Of a DNA stretch of 64,000 bases, positions 24,719 through 35,330 are shown in pieces. The notes beneath the pieces were generated by a model. It was not told where the DNA came from. It made no database searches and was given only the letters and a program-made list of their open reading frames with translations. The DNA comes from a virus (taxonomy: Duplodnaviria; Caudoviricetes): the IMG/VR virus record IMGVR_UViG_3300033475_000013, positions 13,944 to 77,943 of that record. The stretch is one strand, 5' to 3'. The translations under genes were made by a program, and so were the position numbers. The stretch's first letter is position 1. Each line of letters starts with the position of its first letter.

Positions 24719-25261
24719 ATGTTAAAGTTTTCTGAGTTTGACGTTTGCAAACAATTCGTCCATAAAGATAAGGCAAAATTATTTTTATACCTCGAAAAGA
24801 TGTATTCGAAGGATTCGCCACTCAACAACATACAGAACCTATCCGAACGAAAACGTGCTGCATGCCTTCAAGCAAAGCTCAGCGATAAAGATCCAGAGAT
24901 GATTAAAATCATGGATTTACAGCATGAAGAGGTGAATAAATTGATTTTTGCTTACCTAGCTGAATTTCAGAATCACAACAAATACTTGAAATTATGCAGT
25001 GATCAGCAGCTTTTCTGGGACATCCAGAAGATTCTTCTGAGCCCAATCGGTGTGGAGGATGAGGATAAAATCATGGAGAAATACAAAAAAAGGGGAGATT
25101 TATCAAAGACTGCTGATGAGGTGCTGACCAGAATTAACAAATTATTCTCCGACATCTTCGCCCACGAGGACACACAAGAGATGGCACAGACAGTAATCGC
25201 CACGCAGATGTTAAGACCAGAAGATCGGGCCAGACTTAAAGAGAATGTTTCAGCAAACTAA
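24719..25261 (+). CDS. Hypothetical protein, possible terminase small subunit
   Basis: Helical 180-aa protein overlapping the TerL start; positional inference only. Confidence 0.5.
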   Translation: MLKFSEFDVCKQFVHKDKAKLFLYLEKMYSKDSPLNNIQNLSERKRAACLQAKLSDKDPEMIKIMDLQHEEVNKLIFAYLAEFQNHNKYLKLCSDQQLFWDIQKILLSPIGVEDEDKIMEKYKKRGDLSKTADEVLTRINKLFSDIFAHEDTQEMAQTVIATQMLRPEDRARLKENVSAN

Positions 25262-27386
25262 AAATGAATATCGATTTAAGTATTTAGTCACTGCGATAAC
25301 AGGTGAAGGAATTCCTTGTGTCTATCTTCCAGAAGTACCTGAAGATAAAAAAATCTTATTTACCCAGGAACAAAAATGGACACGGCCTACTGCGCCAGAT
25401 TTTATAAAGAAAGGAATCAGAGAATACGCAAAACGCGTTCAGGCTGATCCGAATTATATCCATCCACTTCAAACAGAGATAAACAGATGGGCTGATCAGG
25501 AATGGGAGCGATCAGAAAACGGAATTTGGTTTTGGAATAATGGAGTTCCAACGTACATCACTGGGTTTTATTATTGGTATCTGACGGCATGGCAGACAAC
25601 ATTCGGATTTCCTACTTACAGAGAAACGGATAAAGAATTAAGTTATTTTATAAAATATTGTGAAGAAGATCCAGATAGCTATGGAGCACTTCTAAATACT
25701 ATACGTCGTTATGGTAAGTCATCGTTTATGGGCGGATGGGCTACCTATAGAACGACACGCAATAGAAATCATTATTGTGGAATGCAGGGTGAGAACGATA
25801 AGAAGATTGGTCAGTTCTACACACAAATGATTAAATCTCCATTCAAGAAGTTGCCATATTATTACACACCAACGTATGACACTACGTCAGCTTTAACTTC
25901 AGACATAAGATTTGAGCAACCGGCAAACAGAAGTAAGACATTAATCATTGGAGATTATGATGAATCTCAGGATTTAGAATCTGTTATTGATTATAGACCA
26001 TCAGGTGTTGGTGAATATGATGGATCCATGCTTAATACTTATCTGATGGAAGAGGCAGGTAAGATTTTAAATTGTAATGTGAATGATCGATGGGCTATTG
26101 TTAAACCATGTTTACGAAAAGGTAAGGACTTACGAGGTAAGGTTTTCTTCGGCACAACGGTCGAATTTATGGATTCTTCCGGTAAGGGTGGAAAGGCATA
26201 CAAAAAATTATTCTACGAAAGTGATTTCAATCAGCGCCAACCTGACGGTAGAACCAAATCAGGACTTTATGTTTGCTTCCTTCCAGGAGATTGTGCTCAC
26301 GAAAGTTTCTTAGATAAGTGGGGACACCCGTTACGAGAAGAAGCTAAGAAATGGATATTACTTGAACGCGAATCTTATAAAGATAATCCAAAAGAACTAT
26401 CTGGATTGATCAGAAGATTCCCACTTTACATAAAAGAAATTTTCTACATCAATACTGATCGATGTGAATTCAATGCTACTATTCTTCAGGATAGAAAATC
26501 AGAATTAGAATCGATGTCAACTCCTATTCTTACCAAGGGAGAATTTTACTGGCTTGATAATAAACGATTCACTGAAGTCCGCTTCAGACATAATCCACAT
26601 ACAGGTTGGTGTTGGGTACACTCACTCATTAATGACATCAAAGAAACTAATCTTGTTCAGCGAAACATATCTTCATCTATGCCAACATTCGGCCCGATGA
26701 ATAATATGAAATTTATTTCAGGTGTCGATCCGGTGGACCATGGTGTAGTGATAGAAGGTAAAGGTGGTGATGAAGAATTTGTGAGCACACGTAGATCACG
26801 ACCTGTACTTTTTGTGAAAAGAAAATATGACTCAGCTATTGATGGAATTGTAACGCAAGAGATACTGGAGCAACGGGCAAAAGAAAAATATCAGTACAAA
26901 ACCAATCGCTACATAGCCATGATGGATGTTCGCCCAAACGATCCAAATGTTTTCTACGAGCGCGCCTTGATGATGATGTGGTATTTTGGATGTAGCCTTC
27001 ACCCTGAAAGCCAGAAGCCAGGCATTATAAATTATTTTTATGAGCAGGGATGTGGTGAATTCATCCTTAATAAATATGTGGCTGAGTCTGGTTATAAGAG
27101 AAACACCACGATGGATGGTACACCAGCAAGTCAGCCAATCATTCAGGAGTATACCGGCGCACTGGCTACTTACGTTGAATATTTTGGGCATACTATTCCT
27201 TTCATTGATCTGGTTATTGATCTTTTGGAATTTACCCCGAAGAAGACCACTGAGTATGACTACTCGGTAGCAGCAGGATTCACCGAACTTGGTGGTAAAA
27301 TACAGCCCAAGACGTACACGCAGCCTATGGTTGATATCCATGATTTCATGCCCGGATTCGATGAATATGGCAACGTTGTTAATTAA
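25245..27386 (+). CDS. terL: Terminase large subunit
   Basis: Walker A RRYGKS, Walker B LMEEAGK, GTT coupling motif, nuclease GVDPVD; precedes the portal. Confidence 0.9.
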   Translation: MFQQTKNEYRFKYLVTAITGEGIPCVYLPEVPEDKKILFTQEQKWTRPTAPDFIKKGIREYAKRVQADPNYIHPLQTEINRWADQEWERSENGIWFWNNGVPTYITGFYYWYLTAWQTTFGFPTYRETDKELSYFIKYCEEDPDSYGALLNTIRRYGKSSFMGGWATYRTTRNRNHYCGMQGENDKKIGQFYTQMIKSPFKKLPYYYTPTYDTTSALTSDIRFEQPANRSKTLIIGDYDESQDLESVIDYRPSGVGEYDGSMLNTYLMEEAGKILNCNVNDRWAIVKPCLRKGKDLRGKVFFGTTVEFMDSSGKGGKAYKKLFYESDFNQRQPDGRTKSGLYVCFLPGDCAHESFLDKWGHPLREEAKKWILLERESYKDNPKELSGLIRRFPLYIKEIFYINTDRCEFNATILQDRKSELESMSTPILTKGEFYWLDNKRFTEVRFRHNPHTGWCWVHSLINDIKETNLVQRNISSSMPTFGPMNNMKFISGVDPVDHGVVIEGKGGDEEFVSTRRSRPVLFVKRKYDSAIDGIVTQEILEQRAKEKYQYKTNRYIAMMDVRPNDPNVFYERALMMMWYFGCSLHPESQKPGIINYFYEQGCGEFILNKYVAESGYKRNTTMDGTPASQPIIQEYTGALATYVEYFGHTIPFIDLVIDLLEFTPKKTTEYDYSVAAGFTELGGKIQPKTYTQPMVDIHDFMPGFDEYGNVVN

Positions 27387-27421
27387 TCACTATTTTTGAT
27401 TAACATTTCCAACTCTACAGT

Positions 27422-27736
27422 ATGGCTAAAGAGAATCTCAGAAAGACAATGGAACAGGTTTTAGAAAATGCTCCAGAGCCAGAAATCAATCAAGAACATG
27501 TCAATGACTGGCATACTGCAAAATCAGCAGAAGCATTTAAGACCATTCACCGGGATTTAAGCGCAGAAAGGATTGGTACTTTTAATATACGAGCCGCCAT
27601 CTCCGCACCAAAGTCTATCAAATATCGTCAGATGGCAATTGATTGGGAAGGTGGTAATCGTGGAGATTACATCTTTATGGATGCCAGTGGAAATAAAATG
27701 ATACTTCCATACAAACTTTTTAAACGATTATTTTGA
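27422..27736 (+). CDS. Hypothetical protein (104 aa)
   Basis: ORF track; between TerL and portal. Confidence 0.7.
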   Translation: MAKENLRKTMEQVLENAPEPEINQEHVNDWHTAKSAEAFKTIHRDLSAERIGTFNIRAAISAPKSIKYRQMAIDWEGGNRGDYIFMDASGNKMILPYKLFKRLF

Positions 27737-30132
27737 TGGATCCACTGACCAATCTTAGTAATACCAGACTTGTAGATTCTTCCTTCGCCACGAAGGGGTC
27801 AACATTTCCAAACGAATTTGTATCGCCATTAATAAAAGAACTTCCGGAGTATGGCGCCATGTATGCCAAAAGCATCTATGCTGCCAGCGGAAGATTTGGA
27901 GGATATGTGTTTTGGAATGATACTGAATATCAAGCTTTACTTGAGGTATCACAAGGTCGGCAGAGTATTGATAAGCTCAGGAACATGTTCGGCTTCTTCC
28001 GGGAGAATAAAACTGATCCTTTAGATGATGGTTCTTCAAGTCTTGCCTATCTGGATATCCAGGTTTTAAATCTGGCACCAAAATACGTTAATCGGGCAGT
28101 GGCGAAGATAATGAACCTAGAATATGATGTCCAGCTTGAGGCTGTAGACTCTGTTTCGGTACATGAAAAGAAACAATATGAAGCCAATCTTCAGGCTTTT
28201 TATGAATTCAGAGGTTGGCTTGATGATCTTAAGATAAGCCCAAAAGAACTATTTCCTGATCTGGATATTGATATTTTACCAGAATATCCAGATGAATTGA
28301 TGTATGAGATGCTCACCAATCCAAAGATGCAGAAGGCCATCGATGGTGAAGAGGCGCTTACATTGATGCAGCAGATCAATGACTTTAATCAGAAAATGCG
28401 CATGATGGTGCATGATAAAGTCGTTTATGGTCGTGGGCACATCCATTGTTACCGGGATGAGAATGGGATACCGAGAATTGATCACATCAATCCAAAATAT
28501 TATGTCGGTAGCTATGTGGAGGATGAGAACTTTGAGGGACAGGAGTATGCCGGATTCTTTGATTTCCCAACCGTAAGCCAGTTTCGGAAAGAAGCATCGG
28601 GTTATTTAACCGATGAAGAGATTGAAGAAATTGTTCAGAAGTATGCGTACATGAACAATATTCAGACAACCTATAGCCCACTCCGGGCCAATCAAAAATT
28701 CGATGGACTGAATTATATTCCTGTTTTACGCTTTTATTTCCTAAGCCAGGATGACCGGGTATTTGTAAAGCGAAATAACAAAAATGGCAATCCAACCATT
28801 TTTGAGCGTAGTTTAGGATGGAAGCCAAGTGAAGATGATCCAAGATTTGGTCAAGATGGAGATTCAGACATAATCCGCAATTCATATACCAGTGTCTATG
28901 GCGGCACCTGGATATTGGATAGTGATCTGGTGTATAACTATGGTAAAAAGGAATATCCACGTTCTAATCTTGTTGATCTTACCTTGCCAATAAAAACTTT
29001 CGCTCCACTTTACAAAGAAGGAAGAACGGTGAGTTTCTGCGCACAGATGATTGAGCCATTGTTTATGATCAATGTGGCATGGAATAAAATCAAGCAGATT
29101 TTAGCGCAAGGATTCATGGGCGTGCAGGAAATTGATTTTACTCAGTTGGAGAAAGTAGCGTTAGGTAAAGGTGGTCAAGCATGGACACCACGTGAAGTTT
29201 ACAAGCATTTCCTGCAAACCGGCAGATTAATCAAGAGATCGCCAGTTAATAAATATGATCAACAGTACTCTGGTAGTGCTGTTGAGGCTGGACAGACCGG
29301 ATTACAAATGAGTGATTATTTGAGTGTCCTAACTACTGGCATCAATATGCTTGAGCAGTTGACAGGAACTACAGTGGCTGAATCTACCCAGATGCCAGAT
29401 AGACTTCCTGTTCGTGTAATGGAGCAATCCCAGGCAACAGGTGATCTTGATATGGAATATCTTTTTAATTCATACACCTACATGTATCGCGCTGTTTGCA
29501 CACAATTACTCGGGATGGTGCAGCAGGCTAAGCGTGATGGAATTGGAATTGCGGGATTTATTCCTTCTCTGGGTAAACACGTTACTGTTTCCGATCGGAT
29601 TGCGCTTTGTGATTATGGATTGTTTTTGGTTAAGTCACCTAGCGGAGCTGAATGGCAATCGCTTTGGGATGATCTACAGATTGGTCTTCAAAATGGAACA
29701 CTTACTCATCTTGATGTGGCGTACATTAAGGATATAAAGAATCTGAAGAAAGCTCGTCAGATACTTGGAATCAGGGTTAAGGTTAATGAGCGTAAGGCTG
29801 CGCAAATTAATGCGATGAATCAGAAAGCGGCCATGGATGCCAATCGTGCGGCAGCTGCTGATAAGGCTCAGGGAGAACTTTATAGCCTTCAGGCGAAGGG
29901 ACATATTGATGAGGATTTGATCAAACTTAAGGGGCAGATCGATGAGCACATTATGGTTTGTGATAATGAACTGAAAGCTGCGATGAATGATAAAACCAAT
30001 CTGGTTAAACAGCAGATCGCCAAACAAACCAGTGTGGATGAGATTATTAAGAAGTCAGTTGAGAATAAAGCTAAATATGCTCAGGTTGCCGCAAAGGAAC
30101 GTAGTGATAAAGAAAAATCAGATTCTAAATGA
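27733..30132 (+). CDS. Portal protein (crAss-like)
   Basis: 799 aa after TerL; ILNLAPKYVN...helical core; long C-terminal coiled-coil barrel. Confidence 0.8.
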   Translation: MMDPLTNLSNTRLVDSSFATKGSTFPNEFVSPLIKELPEYGAMYAKSIYAASGRFGGYVFWNDTEYQALLEVSQGRQSIDKLRNMFGFFRENKTDPLDDGSSSLAYLDIQVLNLAPKYVNRAVAKIMNLEYDVQLEAVDSVSVHEKKQYEANLQAFYEFRGWLDDLKISPKELFPDLDIDILPEYPDELMYEMLTNPKMQKAIDGEEALTLMQQINDFNQKMRMMVHDKVVYGRGHIHCYRDENGIPRIDHINPKYYVGSYVEDENFEGQEYAGFFDFPTVSQFRKEASGYLTDEEIEEIVQKYAYMNNIQTTYSPLRANQKFDGLNYIPVLRFYFLSQDDRVFVKRNNKNGNPTIFERSLGWKPSEDDPRFGQDGDSDIIRNSYTSVYGGTWILDSDLVYNYGKKEYPRSNLVDLTLPIKTFAPLYKEGRTVSFCAQMIEPLFMINVAWNKIKQILAQGFMGVQEIDFTQLEKVALGKGGQAWTPREVYKHFLQTGRLIKRSPVNKYDQQYSGSAVEAGQTGLQMSDYLSVLTTGINMLEQLTGTTVAESTQMPDRLPVRVMEQSQATGDLDMEYLFNSYTYMYRAVCTQLLGMVQQAKRDGIGIAGFIPSLGKHVTVSDRIALCDYGLFLVKSPSGAEWQSLWDDLQIGLQNGTLTHLDVAYIKDIKNLKKARQILGIRVKVNERKAAQINAMNQKAAMDANRAAAADKAQGELYSLQAKGHIDEDLIKLKGQIDEHIMVCDNELKAAMNDKTNLVKQQIAKQTSVDEIIKKSVENKAKYAQVAAKERSDKEKSDSK

Positions 30133-30497
30133 AGCCAACACACGTAAAGCCTCAATTGTACACTTACTATTTTTTAGCACTAAAGGATATTGCGAAAGAC
30201 TTTGGTTATAATCTAGTTGTGCATGGATCAATGGCTAGAGACTTAGATTTAATTGCCATACCATGGATTAATGATCCTAAACCAGAACTTGATTTGATCA
30301 ATGCTTTAAGTAAGGAACTTACTGGAAATATTGCGCACGAAGATCATTGGAGAGATGTTTATATGTACAGTGAATTGCCAGCAGGTAGACATTCGTATGT
30401 TATTAATCTGAATCGAAGACAATCTAACAAAGATGGAAATTATCAAGATGATCCTCAGTACTATATTGATATTTCGGTTACACCATTATCCACCTAA
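30129..30497 (+). CDS. Minimal nucleotidyltransferase-like protein
   Basis: VHGSMARDLDLIAIPW matches the Pol-beta superfamily GS...DxD pattern. Confidence 0.55.
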   Translation: MKPTHVKPQLYTYYFLALKDIAKDFGYNLVVHGSMARDLDLIAIPWINDPKPELDLINALSKELTGNIAHEDHWRDVYMYSELPAGRHSYVINLNRRQSNKDGNYQDDPQYYIDISVTPLST

Positions 30498-30554
30498 AAA
30501 GTGGCTTTTTGCTTTTGATTAAAACTATTCTGAACTTTATGTAAAGATTACGTT

Positions 30555-31832
30555 ATGGCAAAACAAATTTATGACTTGGATAAAGATGACATGGTGGATG
30601 TTGTAGAGCCGCCAGCATCAGAAAAAAAGGTTGAGGATAAAACCAAAACTGAACCCGATCCTGCTGAGGAAGAAGAGGAGGAGGAAGAAGAAGTAAAGAC
30701 TACCGCCGAGAAGGAGAAGGAAAAAACTGATCCCGAAGAAGAGGAGGAAGAGGAAGAAACTGAAGAAGAAAAAGCCGCTCGTATTGAGGCTGAAAAAAAA
30801 GAGAAGGAACAAGAAGAGGAAGAAACTGAAGAATCTGTAGATAAAATTCTTGAATCCAAATTCGGCGAAAAGTATGGGATTAAGAGCGAAGAAGATTTAA
30901 GCACCATCCTTTCTGAATCAGAAGAATTGCTGGATGAAGTAGCCAGCCTCCGCGAAGAAAATAAGGCTTTAAAAGAAAAGCCAAATACGCCTAGCTTTAA
31001 AAGCAAGACCAATGAGGCTGTTTATAATGCCCTGAAAGATTACGATATTGATAAGTTGTCTGATGGTATTCACATGATTGCCGGCCTTATCAGTATGGAT
31101 TTGGATAAAACAGACCCTAAACTTATCCTTGAGCAGGCATTCATTATGGAGCACCCAGAACTGAGTCTGGATAAAGCACGTAAGAAATTCCAGCGTCGGT
31201 TTGATGAAAAATATACCATCCAAAATGCGGATGATTTAGATCCAGCCGATCTTAAGGAAAAAAAGGAAGACCTTGAAAGTGACCTTGAAATAGATGCCGC
31301 AAAGGCCAAAAAGTTCATCAAGGAAAAACAAGCAGACTTTAAAACTAAAAGTGAAGATAAAGTAGAAACCGAAGAAGTGCCTAAAGAAATCCAGGAAGGT
31401 ATCGCAAGTCATACCAAGGAATTCCAAGAGCACATGACCGGAATCGACGAATTGATCTTTGCCGATGATGACAACGATAAGCATCCATTCCGATACAAAT
31501 TCAGCAAAGAAGAGTTGGGACAGATTAAAAAAATCGTTGGTGACCACCTATCCAATCCAAATGCCTACGATGGCAAGGGTAAACTGGTTGGTGGTTTTGA
31601 TCCGGAAGAGAAATTTCAACAAGCAGCGTTCCTGGTAGCAGGTCCTAAAATGGTAGAAGAAGCGCGAAAATCAGCAGCGAGAATTGCGCAGATTATCAAA
31701 GTAGAGGATGTAGCTCAAAAAAAACCAAAACGCAAAGCAGTAGGCAGTGGCGATATTCAGGATGACAGCATTGATGCTCAGGCTGAACGCATGGCTAAAA
31801 AGAAAGAGGCAGAAAGAAAGGCACGAAGATAG
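30555..31832 (+). CDS. Capsid scaffolding-like acidic protein
   Basis: Poly-Glu runs and coiled coils; immediately upstream of the MCP. Confidence 0.65.
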   Translation: MAKQIYDLDKDDMVDVVEPPASEKKVEDKTKTEPDPAEEEEEEEEEVKTTAEKEKEKTDPEEEEEEEETEEEKAARIEAEKKEKEQEEEETEESVDKILESKFGEKYGIKSEEDLSTILSESEELLDEVASLREENKALKEKPNTPSFKSKTNEAVYNALKDYDIDKLSDGIHMIAGLISMDLDKTDPKLILEQAFIMEHPELSLDKARKKFQRRFDEKYTIQNADDLDPADLKEKKEDLESDLEIDAAKAKKFIKEKQADFKTKSEDKVETEEVPKEIQEGIASHTKEFQEHMTGIDELIFADDDNDKHPFRYKFSKEELGQIKKIVGDHLSNPNAYDGKGKLVGGFDPEEKFQQAAFLVAGPKMVEEARKSAARIAQIIKVEDVAQKKPKRKAVGSGDIQDDSIDAQAERMAKKKEAERKARR

Positions 31833-31914
31833 AATCTTCGTCCAATCAAAAAGTGTGCAAGTGAGTTCGGGGTTAAGATATGAACTATGTTTTATCTAAA
31901 ACCCAAGAAATAAA

Positions 31915-33369
31915 ATGGCATTATTCACGGAAGTAAATACCTGGCAGGATTTCGCAGTTGCCGCCCGCGAAGAAAATCCGCTTATCTCCCAAATGAGCTT
32001 TATCCATAAGCCTCAGGTAGGATCGGTAATGTTTGACGTCAATCCACTGGAAACAGATATCGGTGAGATGTTCAAAATGGGCCTCATGGAAGAGGTTAAA
32101 GGAGAAGAAATCATTCACCATGAAGCAGCAAAAAGATTTGATGCTCCTTATGTGAATTCGGACGCCACACAGTCAAATGTGTATGGAACAGCTGCTGTTA
32201 TTAATGGCGATGATGCACTTTATGTCGGGCTTGATTATATCCAGCTTGAAGACATTAGCCATAGCCCACAAACTGGTCCTAATGCACTGAAGTACTCATA
32301 CCCACGTACTGGTCAATTGATTCAGTTCAAAAATAAAGGCGTATGGAGAATTTCAGGTAAAAGAGAGTCTATCCCTGGCGCTCACCGTCTTTACCTTGTA
32401 AAGATTTCAGGTCCATCGCTTGCCAACACAATCACCAGTGCTGGTGGTCTTTATGGTGGTGATCAGTTTGGTGTTATCGGTTCAGCTTTCGAGGAAGCAA
32501 CCTATGGCATGCAAAAAGGTATTGTACCGACCTCTAAAACGTACACCAATTATCTGCAAACATTCTCTGATTACTATGATCAGACAGATATTGAAGCCAC
32601 GAATGAGACTTATCCATTCATGTACCAAGGCAAGGAAATCAATTTCGTGTATCCAAGAGGTATCTCTGATACTGAAATGCGTTTCGCTTTCATGGAGCAG
32701 TCTGGTCTATTCCTGACTCCTTACGGTGCATCAATTGCCGGTTTCGATAAGAACGGCGTTGGTGTTACTATGAACACGACTCAGGGTTATATGCCAAACT
32801 TGGAGTTGAATGCTCCTAAGTTGTATTATGACAATAACCCGACAGTGGCATTGTTTGAGCAGATTATCCGTCTTCGTAGAAAATTGAACCAAGGCCGCGA
32901 ATGCTTGATGCAGTGCGGTTATGAATTCCTTCTGAAGGCTAAGGATATCATCACTCAATTCGGTGTTAACGGTAGCATGGTGTATAACCGTAGCACTGTT
33001 GATTTGAATATCGATCAGATTAAGATCGGCGGATTCGTATTCAACATGAAGGAATTGATGATTTTGAATCACCCTGATGTGACAGCAATACCTGGATTTA
33101 ACTATCCATGGTACTTCATCATCGCGCCAATGGATAAAACCAAGGATGCGAAGACTGGTATTATGAAGGATGCCTTCACAATCATGTGGAAAAAAGCAAT
33201 TGGTGGTGGAGCACGTGGTCACTACAAAATGTGGATGACTGGTGCCATGGCCGATACTCCTACTGATGATCAACAAGTAAGACGTATCCATTTGTATTCA
33301 AGAAAGGGCACCCGGGTGGTAGCAGCATCTAAGTTTATCTTAGGTCAGCGCTTACAACCTGCTGCTTAA
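31915..33369 (+). CDS. Major capsid protein
   Basis: 484 aa; position portal-scaffold-MCP; biased codon use; followed by a strong terminator. Confidence 0.75.
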   Translation: MALFTEVNTWQDFAVAAREENPLISQMSFIHKPQVGSVMFDVNPLETDIGEMFKMGLMEEVKGEEIIHHEAAKRFDAPYVNSDATQSNVYGTAAVINGDDALYVGLDYIQLEDISHSPQTGPNALKYSYPRTGQLIQFKNKGVWRISGKRESIPGAHRLYLVKISGPSLANTITSAGGLYGGDQFGVIGSAFEEATYGMQKGIVPTSKTYTNYLQTFSDYYDQTDIEATNETYPFMYQGKEINFVYPRGISDTEMRFAFMEQSGLFLTPYGASIAGFDKNGVGVTMNTTQGYMPNLELNAPKLYYDNNPTVALFEQIIRLRRKLNQGRECLMQCGYEFLLKAKDIITQFGVNGSMVYNRSTVDLNIDQIKIGGFVFNMKELMILNHPDVTAIPGFNYPWYFIIAPMDKTKDAKTGIMKDAFTIMWKKAIGGGARGHYKMWMTGAMADTPTDDQQVRRIHLYSRKGTRVVAASKFILGQRLQPAA

Positions 33370-33391
33370 GTTGCCATAACGTCGCAGCTAT

Positions 33392-33426
33392 AAAGGTTCA
33401 GGGACTTGTTCCCTGGCCTTTTATTT
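33392..33426 (+). terminator. Rho-independent terminator after the MCP
   Basis: AAAGGTTCAGGGA-CTTGT-TCCCTGGCCTTT then TATTT. Confidence 0.7.
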
Positions 33427-33472
33427 ATAGATAAAATATTAAAATTTGTAAACAATCTAAACAAATTAACAC

Positions 33473-34612
33473 ATGTCAAAGAAAGCTAAAACACCAGCAG
33501 CACCATTACCTACAATGGATGAGATGCAAAAAAACTTCATGGAAGAAGAAAGCGGCAAAGATTCTACTGGAGATTTAAATACAGAGGAAGAGGAAGAGGA
33601 GGAAGAGGAAACTGAGCGAGAACCTGAACCTGAAAAAAAAGGACCACATTTAACTCGTGAAGCCAGACCCGGGAAAGCCAGAGGAGGAAAAGAAATTGAG
33701 GGTTCTTCAGTCCGTGTTTATCGGGAAGATAATAAATTCATGAAGCGCAGGCCAACACAACTTCAGGGGCTAAGTTCTCAGATGCTTCCTCCAATTACCA
33801 AAAAGAAATTGGCGATGTATGAAGTTATTGGTAAAAATGAAGTCGATCCTCTAACAAGAGAGCGAATTGTTTCTCCTACTTTAATTCTTCCGGGTAAATA
33901 CATCATCTATGATCCGTTTGGAGAAGATGTTTTAAAAAGACACATTTTACTTCGAAATGTTACCCGAACAGAAACGGTGGTAAGGGATGGAAGAGAAGTA
34001 CCTGAGGAAACAACGGAAGATTTAATTTTCCCTGATGGTTTCAAATCAGTGGCTATAGAGCGAAATTATCTTGAATATGTGCTGTTAGAACTCCATCCGC
34101 TTAATGAATCCAATAAATTCCGTGATCGATCTCAGGCACCTGCATTTAAGCGCATTGATCTTGGATATCGCAAGGATTGGGCAGAAACTACTGCTGGAAT
34201 GGATTTAGCTTTTGAGGCTGAAAAAATTGTTGTTGGTATGCGGAATGGAGATGAAATTATCACGTATGCTACGGCGGCAGGAATTCCAACCGCAGGAAGA
34301 ATGATTGATAGTGGGGACACTTCTGTTAAAATGGATCTTCGCAGATTCGCCAGACAGAGCCCAAGAGATTTTTTCAAACTCAATAAACACAATACCATGG
34401 CCATTAAAATGGCGGTTTTGGAAGCTATTGATCTTGGATTGATTGAATATTTTGTGGATCGAAGAGACTGGTTATTCTCAACGGATGGCGGATCACTTGG
34501 TCAACATTTACCTGGGCAAGATCCGACAGAAACACTTATTAAACTTCTTCAAAGAGAAGAATACCAAGAAGTCTATGCAAAACTTCAAAATCAACTCAAT
34601 TATTGGGAATAA
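33473..34612 (+). CDS. Virion-module protein downstream of the MCP (379 aa)
   Basis: Acidic N-terminus; LELHPLN and C-terminal helical region; syntenic with crAss-like head modules (inference). Confidence 0.7.
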   Translation: MSKKAKTPAAPLPTMDEMQKNFMEEESGKDSTGDLNTEEEEEEEEETEREPEPEKKGPHLTREARPGKARGGKEIEGSSVRVYREDNKFMKRRPTQLQGLSSQMLPPITKKKLAMYEVIGKNEVDPLTRERIVSPTLILPGKYIIYDPFGEDVLKRHILLRNVTRTETVVRDGREVPEETTEDLIFPDGFKSVAIERNYLEYVLLELHPLNESNKFRDRSQAPAFKRIDLGYRKDWAETTAGMDLAFEAEKIVVGMRNGDEIITYATAAGIPTAGRMIDSGDTSVKMDLRRFARQSPRDFFKLNKHNTMAIKMAVLEAIDLGLIEYFVDRRDWLFSTDGGSLGQHLPGQDPTETLIKLLQREEYQEVYAKLQNQLNYWE

Positions 34613-34639
34613 TAATTGAAACAAAATAGTTTGTAACTT

Positions 34640-34664
34640 AGGGGTCGTAATTGACCCCTTTTTT
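34640..34664 (+). terminator. Terminator-like hairpin abutting the next ATG
   Basis: AGGGGTC-GTAATT-GACCCCT TTTTT ATG. Confidence 0.6.
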
Positions 34665-35330
34665 ATGAGCTTAGTACCTTCCTTTACAATAACTCAGCAA
34701 GATGGTGGTGCCACCGCGCTGGCAGTCAATACTACTCCGTACGGGTCGCCAAATCAAGATCGAAATCAAGCGGCAGAGTATGTACTATGGTCAAAAACAG
34801 ACCAAAACGGATTACGATCATTCAATAACCCGGACCAAGGAAACGTACTTACTAATCTTCAATACAGTGTCCAAACACCAGTTGATGGATGGTATGAATT
34901 GATCCGGTTAAGAATTCAATTTTATAATGCTGGTGCTAATTATGTAGAAGAGCAATCCAGCGGAGGAGTTATCACACAATATGCAAGTATTTTTTATTAC
35001 GGAACTACTGGTAAAGTTTATCAGGCAATTACACCGTCTATTGGTCAATCACCAACAGATACTAATTACTTTGTTGAAGTTCCTGACCTAAGTGTCATTC
35101 TAGCCAATACCAACATTGAAGTTTATTATCAGAATTTTTATGGTGAATACAATACCAATGTGTGTATCCGAGATAAAGATTTAGAGAATTGTAATTGTGG
35201 TGGAGGAGATGAAGCACTTGATCTATTGTATGCACAAAAACAATCAGCTGATACAAATTTTGCTAATGGCTATCCTGACCGGATGGAGAAAATAATTCGT
35301 GAACTTGAACAAACTTGTACACAATGTTAA
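34665..35330 (+). CDS. Structural protein, tail hub/fibre-attachment-like
   Basis: Beta-rich N-terminus, Cys-containing C-terminal helices; precedes the fibre gene. Confidence 0.55.
   Translation: MSLVPSFTITQQDGGATALAVNTTPYGSPNQDRNQAAEYVLWSKTDQNGLRSFNNPDQGNVLTNLQYSVQTPVDGWYELIRLRIQFYNAGANYVEEQSSGGVITQYASIFYYGTTGKVYQAITPSIGQSPTDTNYFVEVPDLSVILANTNIEVYYQNFYGEYNTNVCIRDKDLENCNCGGGDEALDLLYAQKQSADTNFANGYPDRMEKIIRELEQTCTQC

Noticed and set aside
30569-31012. Ser-rich antisense ORF and similar antisense ORFs in the fibre and cargo genes
   Set aside because: Explained as shadows of GAA/GAG runs and biased codon use on the coding strand; no independent start signals
25245-33369. Introns or inteins in terL, portal or MCP
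   Set aside because: ORFs are continuous and of ordinary size, with no intein or homing-endonuclease motifs seen
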